Shown: positions 12,301-25,447 of the stretch, one piece after another
Numbering within the stretch: position 1 is the first letter of the stretch
Layout of the letters: each line of letters begins with the position of its first letter
Assembly (NCBI GenBank): GCA_013239625.1
Contig: MU054323.1
Location: forward strand, 2,480,001 to 2,544,000
Length of the DNA stretch: 64,000 nucleotides
Source of the DNA: Lama guanicoe
Lineage: Eukaryota
Reading direction: 5' to 3'
Notes under the pieces: generated by a model
Database searches by the model: none
What the model saw: the letters and a program-made list of their open reading frames with translations, nothing else
What the model was told of the DNA's origin: nothing
Made by a program: the position numbers and the translations under genes

Positions 12301-13730
12301 CCCAGGTCCATCTCCTCCAGCTACTCTGGCAGAGGGAGGCCCTCGGCGCTCTACTTGCTGAACAGGGTGCCGTCCGTAGATGTCTGAACCAGCAACACCG
12401 AGTGGAAATGCCTCGAGGGGTGGTGCAGGGGTGCTCTTTAAGAATGTGGCTACTTGTGGCTATTGTGGGAGCAGTCCGTCATCTCTAAAACACAGTGTAA
12501 AGTACAGTGTGTGGTCCTAGTCCCTTGGGATTTTCTTGGCCTAGAATTTAATTAAGGTCCTTAGGAGGAAAGCTAGGAAGTGAAATGACTGGTGTGCCCC
12601 TAAGTGTGTGTTTTAAATGCTCACGACAGTACAATCCACAAGTTAGTTTTCATTTATGAAAAGCCCCAGTGAGAATAAACTAAGCAGGGGGCATAATACA
12701 TGGCAGCTCCATTACAAGTAAGCCAGGCAGACCGCGCTGGCCATTTGTTTCCTTCTGGGACCTTGGATGAGACAGCGTGTCTGCCACTCAGTTGGCAGTG
12801 TGTCATCCAGTCAACCCCAGACCACATTCCCCATCGGAGTATGTAGTTGTACCAGTTGTCCCCAGTGTTGTTGCAGGGACTCTAACCCTAACCCATCTGC
12901 CCAATGGTGAGCCCAACATCCCCAGGAAAGACAGTACCAACAGCCCACCACCCTAAAGGTCCGAAACCCATGTGCTTTCTAAGCGGCCTCAGTGAAGCTG
13001 AGGGTGCCGGGCAGAATCAGAGACCCTCGTTGTAGGATGGGGTGCCTTCACTTGAGAAATGTCAGTAGCTTACTTCGATTTGTGGTCTAGAGAAAGCATT
13101 TCAGCAATATATTCATTAAGAACATACCCACTTGAACTTACTTCATTTCTCAGGATTGCCAAACCAGGCAAATGCAGAAGGTGTGGTCCATACTTCTTTG
13201 AGTGTGAGGTGGCTCCTTGTGGCGTCAAAGTATTTCACAGCTTACAGCCTCAATGCCAGTTGTTTTACTTCTTGTGCTTTGTTTCAAATGAATTGGTTTT
13301 TACATACATTAGCATTTTGTTTACGCCCACATTGTCTACATCTGTTTTTAAGGTGCTCATCCCTATGTGGAAACCATAATTTATTCAGTCTACCGACAAT
13401 ATTTGGTTTGTGTGAGAATCCACAGACATGTGTGTTAATTCTACAGTTTCCAGTGGCCGCTGGGAATCGTGAAGACTGGACGTCAGCGCTGGTATTCAAT
13501 CAGGCACAACAGAGTTTCTCATGATACATTGCGGAGATCAGAGAAATAAAGGTAGATTTTGATGTGTTAGGTGAATATGAAGCAGAACCACCACTTCCAA
13601 AAGTGCTGATCATAAATGGGGCAAATGGAATCCGGTCTGTAATGAGCAACTATAAGCTCTACCCTGGTTCTCTTCTCTTCCATCCTTGATCTGCCACTGA
13701 CTCAAGGCATGATCTGGAAAATGTCATTTT

Positions 13731-14675
13731 CCCCCAGTTTTATTGAGAAATAATTGGCATACATCACTGTGTAAGTTGAAGGCATACAGCATGATGGCTT
13801 GATCTACGTATATTGTGAAATGATTACCACAATAGGTTTAGCTAACATCCATCTTCTCATATAGATACAATAAAAAGAAAAGGAAAAAAAAGAAAAAGGA
13901 AAAAAACTCCTTACAATGAGAGCTCTTAGGATTTATCCTCCTAACAACTGCCCTATATATCATTCAGCAGCATAAGTTACAGTCATCATATTGTACATTA
14001 CAACCCTAGAACTTATTTGCTTATAACTGGAAGGTTGTGCCTTTTGACCGTCTTTCTCCAGTTCTCCCTTTCCCTACTCCCCACCTCCAGTAAGCACAAC
14101 TCTGATCTCTTTTCCTGTGAATTTGGGTTTTTTGTTGTTGTTGTTTGTTTTAGCTTTGTTTTGTTCTTAGATTTCACACAGGAGATTCATACAGTATTTG
14201 TCCTGCTCTGTCTGTCTTATTTCACTTAGCATAATGCCTTCAAGGCCAATTCATGCTGTTGCAAAGGGTAGTATTTCCTTGTTTTTTAAGGCTGCATAAT
14301 ATTCCACTGTGTATATACACCACGACTTCTTTATGCATTCATCCATGGACACTTCAGTTGCCTCTAAGTCTTGGCTATTGTAAATAATGCTGCTGTGAAC
14401 ATGGGAGTGCAGATATCTTTTCGACTTAGCGTTTTCACTTCCTTTGGGTATGTTCTCAGAAGTAGAATTGCTGCATCATACAGTAGTTCTATTTTTAATT
14501 TTTTGAGGATCCTCCATTATATTTTCCACAGTGGCTGTACCAACAATCTCACCAGCAGTGCACAAGGGTTCACTTTTCTCCACGTCCACACCAACTTTTG
14601 TTAACTCTTATCTCTTTGATGATAGTCATTCAAACAAGTGTGAGGTGATATCCCATTGTGGTTTTCCTTTGCATA
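13731..14675 (-). mobile_element. 5'-truncated LINE-1 (laurasiatherian L1MA9-derived type) inserted in a MIR
   Basis: Antisense 3' UTR 'ttttattgagaaataattggcatacatcactgtgtaagt...tgtgaaatgattaccacaata'; ORF2 C-terminal region 'aataatgctgctgtgaacatgggagtgcagatatc'; degenerate TSD ggaaaatgtcatttt / ggaagtgccatttt. Confidence 0.92.
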
Positions 14676-14747
14676 GGAAGTGCCATTTTCGCTCTCTCAG
14701 TCTCAAATTCTTCACCTAGGATATGGGAGATGGGATGTGAAATAGAA

Positions 14748-14897
14748 CAGTGGTTTGGAATCTTTTGATTTGTAAATCTCATTGAAATTTTTATGAATCC
14801 CAAGTGTCATCTTTCTGGAAAATGCTTATATGCACAATATTTACCTACAATTCAGGGGCCTTGTGGATCTTCTGGAGCCATGCTAAGAACCCGTCTG
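14748..14897. mobile_element. hAT MITE, Charlie4z-like
   Basis: Starts 'cagtggtt'; internal 'gaaaatgcttatatgcacaatatttacctacaattcagggg'; ends 'taagaacccgtctg'. Confidence 0.65.
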
Positions 14898-15623
14898 GGT
14901 AATGACCAGAGGTAACCCCAGCATGGACACTGCGGTTCTAGAGAGTCACAGTTACACGGTCCTGGAGCTGTGATGATCTCACTTTTGTTTCAAACACCTC
15001 CTTTGCAGAGATATAATAGGAACCGCTTCCAGGGAGGCATCTGGAAAGCATGTAGCGTGACCTCCATCTGTGTTCGGTTTCAGTTTGTTCCAACTGGTGA
15101 CCCTGCAGTGCTCTTTGTTTCTCCCTGACCCAGACATGCTCTGTCTCCCTGGCTGCCCTGTACCTTCCTTGGCCTTATAAAAATGACTGTGCCAAAGGCA
15201 AGACGGCTCCACCCAGGAGAGGGGCCTTCCAGCCTTGTCTCTTGCTAGGATAGCTCCTTCAGCCGACCCTAAAAAATTCATTCCCTCCTCCATAATTTGA
15301 TTTCTTTCCTAGAAGCCTCTTCATACTTTAGAGAAAGGATTCTTTTTACAGGCACCAACCATACAGAGTGTGTCCAGCACTGAGCTGCAGAGGCAAGTCA
15401 GAGAGAGAGGGCATAGCTTATGGATGCTGATGTTTTCAAGCTTCCAAGCCAGTGATGGGACTGTATGACCAACACTATATAAGGGAAGATTGTGGGTGTT
15501 GGGCAAGATGTCCTTTCTCATACCAAGTCTCACTCTTGCAGGTTTATAGCAGCCCCCTTGGCATGGAACCTGAGCACCTTTTCTTAGAATCACTTTGGGC
15601 CACTCCCCCATCATTATCTGTAT

Positions 15624-15815
15624 CTGCACTGTCCAGTACAGTGGCCACTAGTCACGTGAGCTACATAAATTCATTTCAATTAAAAATAAAGTTCCTCAGG
15701 TGCACTAGTCACATTTCAAGTGCTCAGTCACTACGTATGGCTTGTAGCTATCAGACTGGATGGCACAGATACAGAACACTCCTTCCCATCATCACAGAAA
15801 GTTCTTCTGGACGTC
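15624..15815. mobile_element. MER3 (hAT-Charlie MITE)
   Basis: 'ctgcactgtccagtacagtggccactagtcacgtgagcta...cactagtcacatttcaagtgctcag...catcacagaaagttcttctggac'. Confidence 0.85.
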
Positions 15816-15859
15816 AATGGTACTTACTTACATTCAGTCTATACACCCTCTGCACTAGC

Positions 15860-16180
15860 ACCCGACTGAGTTTTGAAAACATAGACGTGAACAAGACAAG
15901 CTGCTGCTCTCAAGGGGCTTGTGGGTTGTGAAGGAGACAGATACAGAATTATGCCATCATGGTACTCTGAGCTCCTCAGGTGGAGACGGGGGGAGGGATT
16001 CCAAGCAGAGACAACAGCCCTAAAAACACTGCACATTCAGAAAAGGGGGAATGTTCCAAATGTTTTTCAAATGTAGAGTCAATGTGCCTGGTGAATAAAA
16101 GAGAGGTGAGAATGACCAGCTAAGGAGAGAAGGTAAGCAAGGCTTGGATTTGATGAGATCTTGTATGCCGTGCTTAACTG
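15860..16180 (-). mobile_element. LINE-2 remnant
   Basis: 'gtgaacaagacaagctgctgctctcaaggggcttgtgg...ggagacagatac' is antisense L2. Confidence 0.55.
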
Positions 16181-16894
16181 GTAGTTTTATAAAGACTTAT
16201 TCTTCTATAAGCTGACCTTTAACTAGTTTTGATTTCCTCAGTTTTTTTTCTTGAAACCAAATGCCATTTTCCCCTATCTCTGCCAAAACCTTATTCTAGT
16301 GCCTCATTACAAAATTTAGAATCCTGAGTTCCTGTCTTCTCTGTAGCTTAGCTTGCCGTTCTTCCAAGCACGTCCCCTTGGGTCAGCATCTCCTACTGTC
16401 ATGTATGGTTGCTGGAAGGCACAATCCTATGGTTCATGTTTGGGTTTACCTAAGCATCTGGAAGCTCAGAGATGACCTTAAGTTGACAATGAGGATGGTG
16501 ATCACAAGTAAGATGAAACAGGGCTACCTCCAAAGAGAAACCTTTAGTTTGTTATGATAAGAGGATCAAGGAAAGCCAGTGGGAGAGCAAGTGGAAAAGA
16601 CACTTGGAGAAGACTCTACAAGAGGCATTCCAGGAGCCCTTCATCTCCAAGACTGGGGGCTTCCTTTCAAGCTACCTAAATCCCCCCATCTGTGGTTGAG
16701 ATGCATCTCTGTGTGTCTGTGCTAGATGCATCATGATGACCATTAAAGATGCACCCCATGAAACTATGGCTGCATTCCAGCAAACATTTATTGTGCATCT
16801 GACAATTATCCGGACCTTGCTGCATTCAACGGAGACACATCTCGGGTCCAAGGAGAGAAGGCTCTTGGTGTTATCATGATCCCAGCGTCTGAAA

Positions 16895-17100
16895 CAGTCA
16901 TTACAGGTTTCAAAACCCTTCCACCGCTGTCATCTCCTGTGGTCTCAAAATATCCCTGCTAAGTAGATAAGATCAGGTTTGTTATCCCAGTTTTACAGGT
17001 GGCAAAACCAAGGTCCAGAGATATGAAGTCACTTCCTGATATCACTTCAAATTAGAGCATTAGAGCCAGTTCAATTATTTCCAAATCTAAGCTTTGAAAC
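16895..17100 (-). mobile_element. MIR SINE
   Basis: 'ttatcccagttttacaggtggcaaaaccaaggtccagagatatgaagtcacttcctgatatcac' is the antisense MIR core. Confidence 0.75.
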
Positions 17101-19683
17101 ATGTTCTCAGAAAGCAAGTTATGTAATTACAGCAAATTCCCCTAAAGTCAAATTTTCTTAGTACATTGGGATGAAACATCCAATCTGAGGCAAAAAAAAA
17201 AAAATCCCATGAGACCCTTGACAATTGCATGTGGTTAAAAACAGACATAATACTGCAGCTCCTAAGCCCTCAACATGCCTCTTAATGATCAACAGAAGTC
17301 AGAAACTGACTTCTTCTGAAAGTCATCAAGATTAAAATGTCAGGTGGCCATAACCATCAATGACATTCCTGTTACATAAGAGTAAGGAAGAGCGTGGTAT
17401 GTTTTAAAATAGTCACTTAAAATAATGCAAATAAAAGTACATCTATACCTTTGTTCACCATTTCAGTGGATCCAAAAAGTTTGTGACAAAAATACAGTGG
17501 CCCACATTGAGTTGGGCCTGAAGAGCAAATGCTAAAGAGAAGTCTGTTTCGAGCCTTCATCGAATTGCCACTGCATGGTTGCAAATAAATTCCAGCACAT
17601 GCTGTTTTAATTAATGGAAAATAATAAGATAACAGTCATAATCACAAGGCTTACCCAACCATACAGTTAAGCATACATTTGTTTTCAATTATAGTTAAAA
17701 TGCATTCAGCTGAACACAACTTAAGTGGTAATTGCATTCTTTACAAGTTGCTAATAATCCTTGGAATGGTCACTCTAATAAAAATTTGCCTGTAATGGGT
17801 ACATGTCCTGCTTCCTCACATGTCAAGGCCAGTGAAGTCATTAGGAGCACTCGCAGTCCAGCAGCCTATCTGGAGACTTAGACTTCTGTCCAAAGCCCAC
17901 ACACATGAGCCACTCACTGTGTACTTAACGTGGGATGCAGCATGGTCATTTGATTGTGGTTTTATGCTCTTTCCCAGGAATGCTTCTCAGGGGCAATCCT
18001 TCCCTTGCAGAGCAGCTATTCATCATTTGCTATCAGATGAGGCCTCCGACTGACACTCCAGTAGGATGCAAAGGACTTTGCTCAGCCATCCTGGCTACAG
18101 GGACTTCATTTTGAGATCGTCACTGACCTCCACCCAAATTTCCAGGACATTAATCTGTGTTTAATGGGTGGGTGGTTGTAGGACTGGTCTGGCCACAGCA
18201 TTCCAATCCAGGAAAATATGTCTGGGTGCACACATAGTTTGATAAATTGTTTTTAATGTTCTGAGTCAGGGGAAAATGTTAGGCTTAACGTTACATGCGC
18301 CCTTTCTTTTCTCTTCTCCCAATACTTGCACTAACTGTGTCTCTCTTCCTCCATGCCTCCTTTTCTGCCATGCTCCTCTTTCTTCTCTCCTTCTTCTCCC
18401 TTCCTCTCAGCTCTCCCTATGGAAGAATTTCCGAGCAAATAACAGAGCTTGTCTTAGTGTCAACGTGGGGTGGCTCTGAACTGTCTCATTTCCTCAACTG
18501 CCATCTCAAATGTCTGCCACTCCAGCAATATTGCATCGCTGAGTCTGGAGAGCTATTATAATTCACGTACCTGGAAGATTATTGTTTTCATCATCTACCT
18601 GAAACTAAGAGGAAGATCATGGAAACTATGTATGCTCAGAGAGAGGAGAGCAGACTTGGCGAAAAAGGGACGGCGCCTACCAATTTTACCCTGGAAAGAA
18701 ATGTGAGCCTCCTCTTAGCCATGCTTTTCTAAAGGGAAAGGTACAAAGTTATGCAATAAACTCATATTAAACAAATAAATGGGAGTGGAAGTAGTCAAGA
18801 CGATGAGACGACAGACAGACTGACTGTACACATTACAAACAAGGTACGGTCTCTAGTATCCAAGGCAGTGCTTGGGGAATCATTAGGTTTGCATATAAAT
18901 TCACCAGGCATTTAGCCACATTTCATCCCTAACAGTTGACATCTTTAAATGAATCTTTCCTCTTTGTCAGTCCCAACCCTGAGAGACTGGTGGGAGAAGG
19001 TGTGGAGGTCCCGTCGGGCCGATCATGGTGTGACTACAGGAGCCCAAACAGTTCTCTTCCCACCTTTGTGTCTTCCTTTTCTCTTCGTTTAAAGTGGTCA
19101 TTTTAAAGGTACTTCTCATCTCTGACAACTGTAACTCCATGAAAGCTCAACTCAGATTAAGAAAGTCTTCTCTTCCAGTCTTGCCACTGTAGTAAATCAC
19201 CTATGAGTAGAGTTACTTGGGTGAGTTCACACTCTTACACCTCCTGCTCCTAGGATTGCACGGCAGTCTGTCTAGCTGTAATTCACTCCTGCCCTAATAA
19301 CACTCGCTCATCCTTCAACCCCATCGATGCGAGTGGCATAGCCCCGGAGGTAATTGTCACAACAGCTGCAACCTGGCAGCCACTATTCCAGGCAAGTGCT
19401 AGAAAGACAGTATGGTGCTGATTGCTACCTGCTTCTGTATAGTTACTCCTCCACTTGCTCCCCAAAGTACAGCACCACCATCACCCCTGAGCACATGGTG
19501 TCCCCCAACAGTGTTCCACCCGCTGAAATTTTACTGAGCTCTAATATGAACCAGACTCCATTCATTACATAGACTCTAATTTGGACTGAACTAAACTGTC
19601 TCAATGCAAACACTCTTTTGAGCCTTATCTCCCATTGACCCTCAACATGTCCTCAGAGCTTCAGCCAGACTTGAGAGCTTGTA

Positions 19684-20208
19684 GTATTAGTTTTCTATTG
19701 CTGTGTAACAAATTACCACCAACTTAGTAGCTTAAAAAATATCCCTTTGTTATCTCATTGTTTTTCTTGGTCTGGAGTCCAGGCACGCCTCAGCTGGAGC
19801 CTCTGCTCAGGGTCTCACAAGACTGCAATCTGGGTGTCCCCCATGCTACTTTCCTTTCTGGAGTTCAGGGTCCTTTCCCAAGCCCATCTGTTTATTGGTA
19901 GAATGCAGTCTCTGGCAGCTGTAGGACCGAGGTCCTGCTTTCTTGTTGGTGGTCAGCTGGGGGCTGCTTTCGGCACCTGGAGCCCCTAGTTTCTCGCCAA
20001 GTAGAACTCTCGCAAGTGGCAACTCATCTCTGCAAATGCCTTGTTATCAGCTCACCTTTACCGTATAACATAATCTAATCACGGGAGTGGCATCCACCAC
20101 CTGTCACATCATCTATCGGCTAGAAAAAGCCAACAGGTCCCACAGGTCCCACCCGCGCTCAAGGAGAGGGAGTTATACAAGGGTGTGAATTAGAATTCTG
20201 CCTCCAAA
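19684..20208 (-). mobile_element. MaLR solo LTR (MLT1D/E-like)
   Basis: 'gtattagttttctattgctgtgtaacaaattaccaccaacttagtagcttaaa...tctgctcagggtctcacaag...caaggagagggagttatacaagggtgtg...tagaattctgcct'. Confidence 0.9.
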
Positions 20209-21519
20209 ACGGTCATTCCCAGAGCACTTTTCTTACCCCTTTTAGACATGAGTACTCTTCCATCTCGTAAGGGTCTTCACATATCTTTGCCTATCCCTAA
20301 AATCATCCCACCCCTAGTTGAGTTTTAAGTGTGTCCAGCTCCCCCTCCAAGGCTTCCATGACAGGTACAGTTCTCTAAGGTCATTTACTCATTCTGGAAT
20401 GCATTAGAGTTTGCAAGATTTTCTCTCCAGGATGCACAGACCTTCTTCAGAGTAGGTAACTGGATTATATTCAATCATATATCCCCTTCCCACCCCCCAC
20501 CCTCCACCACAGCACCCTGCACAATGTTTTCTACATAGGTGGTAGCTGGCAAATAAATGCTAGTGGAATTCAATAAATTGAACCGAAGCATAGAATTACA
20601 GAATCTGCAAGGTTGGAACAAAGCTTCGAGGTCATCTAGACCAAACTCGTTCCCTTATTGCTCTTGGCTGGAGGCTGTTGGCATCTCTTCATGTTTCTAT
20701 GTCCCATCTGCTATCAAACATTTTTATGACATTTATTTCCTCATTATAGTCCTTATTGTGTTTTATTTATATATCTGTGAGGCACATGAGGGTTGGAAAT
20801 TCTCCCTTCCCTTGCAATCTTTTCTTCCCCAAGCCTCAGCCAGCCAGCCTCCCTATGCCCGTGACAGGCCTCCAGGGCTCCAGTGACAGCTTTACTCACG
20901 TCCCTGTATGTCTCTTCTGTCTCCTCCGTGCCTCCATCATCAATTTCAAACTTCCTGTCCTGACATTCAAGGCCTCCTTACACTTTGAGTCTGTCTTTAT
21001 CGCCTCCCTTATTTTTCCCGTGTCTCCCTCCCTAGCTCCCACTCCAAATTCTGGGCATTCCTCCAAGTTTCTCCATATTCCTGGAACCATCATCCCCCAT
21101 CCTCTCCCTCCCCCATTTCCCCCATCATCTGTCAAGCTTTCTCTTATTTCTCTTATCTTCCCTAACCCTAAAAAAATTTGAAGAAACTCTCCTCTGCCAC
21201 AATAAACAGATGTATATTTAATTTTCTATTAGCTGGCCTGGTGACTGACCATTGAAATATACTCAGGACAGATGTGCTAATACTTTGATCATTGCCGCAG
21301 CAAAAATCATAGGCAGCTTCCAATGTTGGACACGGTGATATGGGAAGAAAGCCCTCAATGGAACAGAATTAAGTTGTCTTGATTTGCCCATGGGTGGGAC
21401 TAAGTCAAGGAGGAAAAGAATTATTTAGGACTTGGTCTATCACTCTAATAGGTTTTCCCATCATTTCAGGTAAAATGGGCAGGCTAGGCAATGGAGATAT
21501 TTTTAAGGTTAGCTCTCAT

Positions 21520-21760
21520 AGTTACCAACTGGAGTGATGTTGGATAAATTATGTAAACTTTCTGATACTCAGTTTCTTTTTACTTCCAAATGGAGATGAT
21601 CTTAATGATAATACTTAATAATGTTGGATAAATAAGTTAAAAATGCATGTAAAAATGCAACAAAGTGTAAAATGAGTGTGACTCTAACTACGGGAGAACC
21701 ACTTCATTTGCTCAGGAACTAGATGTCCTCATCTTCAACACTGGGGTAATAAATTCCTCT
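21520..21760 (+). mobile_element. MIR remnants
   Basis: 'gtgatgttggataaattatgtaaactttctgatactcagtttc...aaatggagatgat' and a second core near 21700. Confidence 0.55.
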
Positions 21761-23344
21761 CTTGTATATTTCAACAAGCTATTTTAAAGAAGAGAAGATA
21801 TATGAACATTGTAACTATGAAACATGGGAAAATACAGAAAATATAAAGCATTGTTTTCATTGTCGTTGGCAACATCGTCATCCCTGGAAGGAAGGAAGGA
21901 AAGAACACGAGCTATCTCTGGCCCCTCTCTGTTTCCTCTCCCTGGAATGCTCTCCTCCCTACACTTCCCGACCTCACTTGACTCACTAGTATTCATATTT
22001 CAGGTCTCAGTTAGTGCTTTCATCCCCTCCCTGAGCCACCAGCCCAGGTCCGCGATCTCCCAGCTCCCATTTCGTTGTAAACCCCATGAGTTGACCTGGA
22101 CCTGCCACAGCCCACCTGGGGACATCCAGCCCAAGATTTAATTTAGGATGACTTTAGGAGCAGTCACAACTTGACTTTGCCCAACAGCAGGGAAATGTGG
22201 GAAATTTCTGAACACAATCATTAATCTCTGGCTCAGTCTGAGATCCCCAAGGTCCTGGTTTCATAGACGGCATCTACTCTTCTTGGTACTTGCTAGACTT
22301 GGGCCACACATATTGCTAGTACGTTATTATATTTTTATTTCTATAAAAAAAGTTTGTTTACATAATGACAATTTTTGATATGCAAGTGATACACAATTCT
22401 GAGATCTGTAGAAATGAAAACACTTGGGTAAAAATCTCCAAATTGCTCAATTTAAATCTTGATTTCTGACATCTTTAAACCTTCTTTTTCATAGAAGATG
22501 CTTCCCAAATTGAATAGTTTCACCTCTGGTCACAAACAAGGGATCTGAACTTATATTTTGCTGATTTTTTTTTTTTTTGCAGTGAGAGTTTCAAAGCTTT
22601 AGAGCAATTTGATGTAGAATTCTCTTACAGCTAACTTTCTTTTATCTTTAACCTTATTCTACTGTTAACCTATGCTTAATGGTCACAGATTCAAATTATT
22701 GGAGTAAAAATACAATTCAGTTCTACAGTTTCCTAGTTTATTCTTCACTTTGTAGTGAAGTGGAAAGAAAAGACAGCCTTAAGATGATGCCAGGAGTTTG
22801 CCTAAATATGAAATTATTTTTTTCTCTCCAACCTAATTTCCTTTACCTCCACAAGGAATGGCTATTGTGTAAGTAGTCTGAATCAATTCTGAGAATGTAT
22901 CCATCAACTTGCCTACAATATTTCTGATCCTGTTCTGCTCTGGTGTCTTTTTACCTTGGCAAATTGTTCTTACTCTTTTTAATTTACTTTTGAACTTGCA
23001 TTAAGACACTGGTTTTTCACATGGTTGGTCCAACATCATTCACACCCACTTTCCATACTCCCCCTCCTCCTTACTGTGCCACTGAGTTTCGGGTATCATT
23101 TGCTAATTCAAAGATTTCAGTTACTGGTATCTGAGCTGGGGAAACAGTGCCAGGCTATTCCCAGTCTTCTTCAAATAAAGCCATATTGCAATTCTAAATT
23201 AGAATTATTTAAGACATTAATTGGAAGCATTTGGGAGATCTTGTGATTTGAAAGGACTTTAACTCAATGAACCCAAAGATCCCACTTCCGTGGGTTCTGA
23301 CTCAGAGGCGGGAGGACAGAAGCACAAAGCAGCACACAGCTGGG

Positions 23345-23827
23345 ACTTTAGTTTCCTACTGTTGCGAAACAAATCACAAACTTACTGGCTTGAAAGAACA
23401 CTGACTTATTACATCACAGTTTCAGCAGCTCAGAGGCCTGGGCACCGTGTAATTGGGTTCTCTGCTCAGGGTCGCACAGGACAAAGTCAAGGTGGGGCCA
23501 GGCGGAGCTCTCATCTGCAGGCTCTGAGGAAGGGCCTGTTTTCAGTCTCATTCAGGTTGTTGCCAAATTCACTTTCTTGGGGTTTTCAGTTGTTGGATGA
23601 AGGTCCCCGTTTTCTTGTTGGCTGTTGGCCAGAGGTTGCCGTCTGTCCCACGGCCACCCGCATTCCTCCCCAGGCTGTCCCGTGGCCTCCTCCAGCTTCA
23701 CAGCAGCAACGCCATGTCCAGTCTGTATACTTCACATCTCTGTGACTCCCACTTCTGCCTGCACAGACATGTGTCCTTATTATCATGTCTCAAGGAGGAG
23801 GTCATTCTAGAAATCCTGCCTACCACA
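23345..23827 (-). mobile_element. MaLR solo LTR (MLT1D-like)
   Basis: 'tagtttcctactgttgcgaaacaaatcacaaacttactggcttgaaa...ctctgctcagggtc...ctcattcaggttgttg...tagaaatcctgcctaccaca'. Confidence 0.9.
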
Positions 23828-24577
23828 CCGAGGCACGTATTTTTCCATTTTATGGAGAAGCTTCAGAAACTTAGAGATATTACATAGAAGATGACACCTC
23901 CTGAGAATAAGAAGACCCTGAGTGAGAAGGAAGTTTCCAGTAAATGATCGTGAAGTTTTTCAACTGCATTGATAAATTCTCTACAATTGCCAGTGAAATG
24001 AAACTACAGGAAGGGCACAGATGCTCTAAGAAGGAGAGAAAGAAGAAAGGAAAAAATAAACAGAGCTTTGTTGGGAAGGATCCGGAAGTACCAGGCTTGG
24101 GGCTGAAGTACACTGATGTGAACAACAGGAAACAAATGAAAAAAGATGAGCTGTGAAGGGAGACCGTGCAATCGAACAATCAGCGAGGAGGCTGAGCGCA
24201 CAGAGATGATGCACATAGAACAGAGAGTCCCGAATGAGAATTCCCAGGCGATGGGAAACACCAGGTAGATACCCAGCTCGGAGCCAGCAAGCGGCTGCAA
24301 GGCTGAGGATTCCAAGATTTAGAAAATGGAGATGGTGGTGGAGGGGGCACCCGGGACACTTTGCTCTAGGTCGCTCCAGTAGACTGTAAGGAGGGGACCA
24401 TCCATTAGCTATGAGGAACACAGCAAAGAGTCGCGTGAAAAGGAAAAAGCAGCAGCGAGGCTGAACGTTAGGCATCCTAGGCTTCCCTGGTCTCTTTTAC
24501 GCTTCCGAGACTCCTGTACTGTTGCAACAATTACATGTCTTTACCTTCTACCTAATTCTAGGAAAACAAATTATAAA

Positions 24578-24745
24578 ATATTAAAGATGGCAAGAGTCCT
24601 TGGGGATCATTTAGTCTAACCTCTTTTCACAACCTGATAGACCTAGGATAAGAGAGGAAAACGAACATGTCTGGGTCAAACAATGAACCTCAAGAATAGC
24701 TAATTCTAGGGACGCTGGCTCTCGGCTACCCAGCCCAGTGTCCCA
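24578..24745 (-). mobile_element. MIR SINE
   Basis: 'ccttggggatcatttagtctaacctcttttcac...gaggaaaacga...tgaacctcaag'. Confidence 0.5.
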
Positions 24746-25344
24746 GCACAGGGGGCTGTGCCCCTCTCTGTTAATAGATGAGCTAGCATTCAAAGATAAA
24801 TCTATGCTATTTAGTAAACAGTAGCTGAAATATAGGTTCTTTCCAAGCTTAGATACTCTGTAAATAATCATTGTGGGTCTTCCTTTAGAACTTTGTAAAA
24901 AATCCTGTATCTACTTCTTTGTTCCATGAAATCCCCCACTTCTCCATAAGAACAACATTTTTTTTTCATGCAAGGAATTTTAGAATAAAATTTTGATTTT
25001 ACTTCAACTCTCGATGGCTTTTAAATGATGAAGATGTCTATGTTTGTCGAAGTAGGTCTTATAATTTTATCCAACAAACCAAAAGTTTTTGCATAACCTT
25101 GCATGTTAAAGGAAAGTTTATTTTCCATCAAGTGCTATTAGCACATGTGGATAATAGGGAGATGTGGGTTCTATACGTGAATTCACACACCACTCGCTAA
25201 ACAACTACCTGTTTGAAAATATGTAAGACCTTCCATTGCTGGACCCCAGGTCCTCATGTGTGAAAGGCAGGAGTAGATTCTTTACATTCTCCCTTTTAGT
25301 GCTAGTAGACCACGAGTCCAGGCATCTAAGTGCCACGGGGCTGG

Positions 25345-25447
25345 GGGCTGGTCGTTGGGGTGTGCCCTGCAAATGTTAAGGGAGTACCATTCTCACCGCA
25401 GTTCATCTGAATGGGCCCCCTGCAGCTGCAAAATATGGAAGCTGTGA
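25345..25447. mobile_element. MER91-like hAT-Tip100 MITE remnant
   Basis: Quasi-palindromic 'gggagtaccattctcac...tgaatgggccccctgcagctg'. Confidence 0.5.

Noticed and set aside
12882..12895. ctaaccctaaccc telomere-like motif
   Set aside because: Only about two units; expected by chance.
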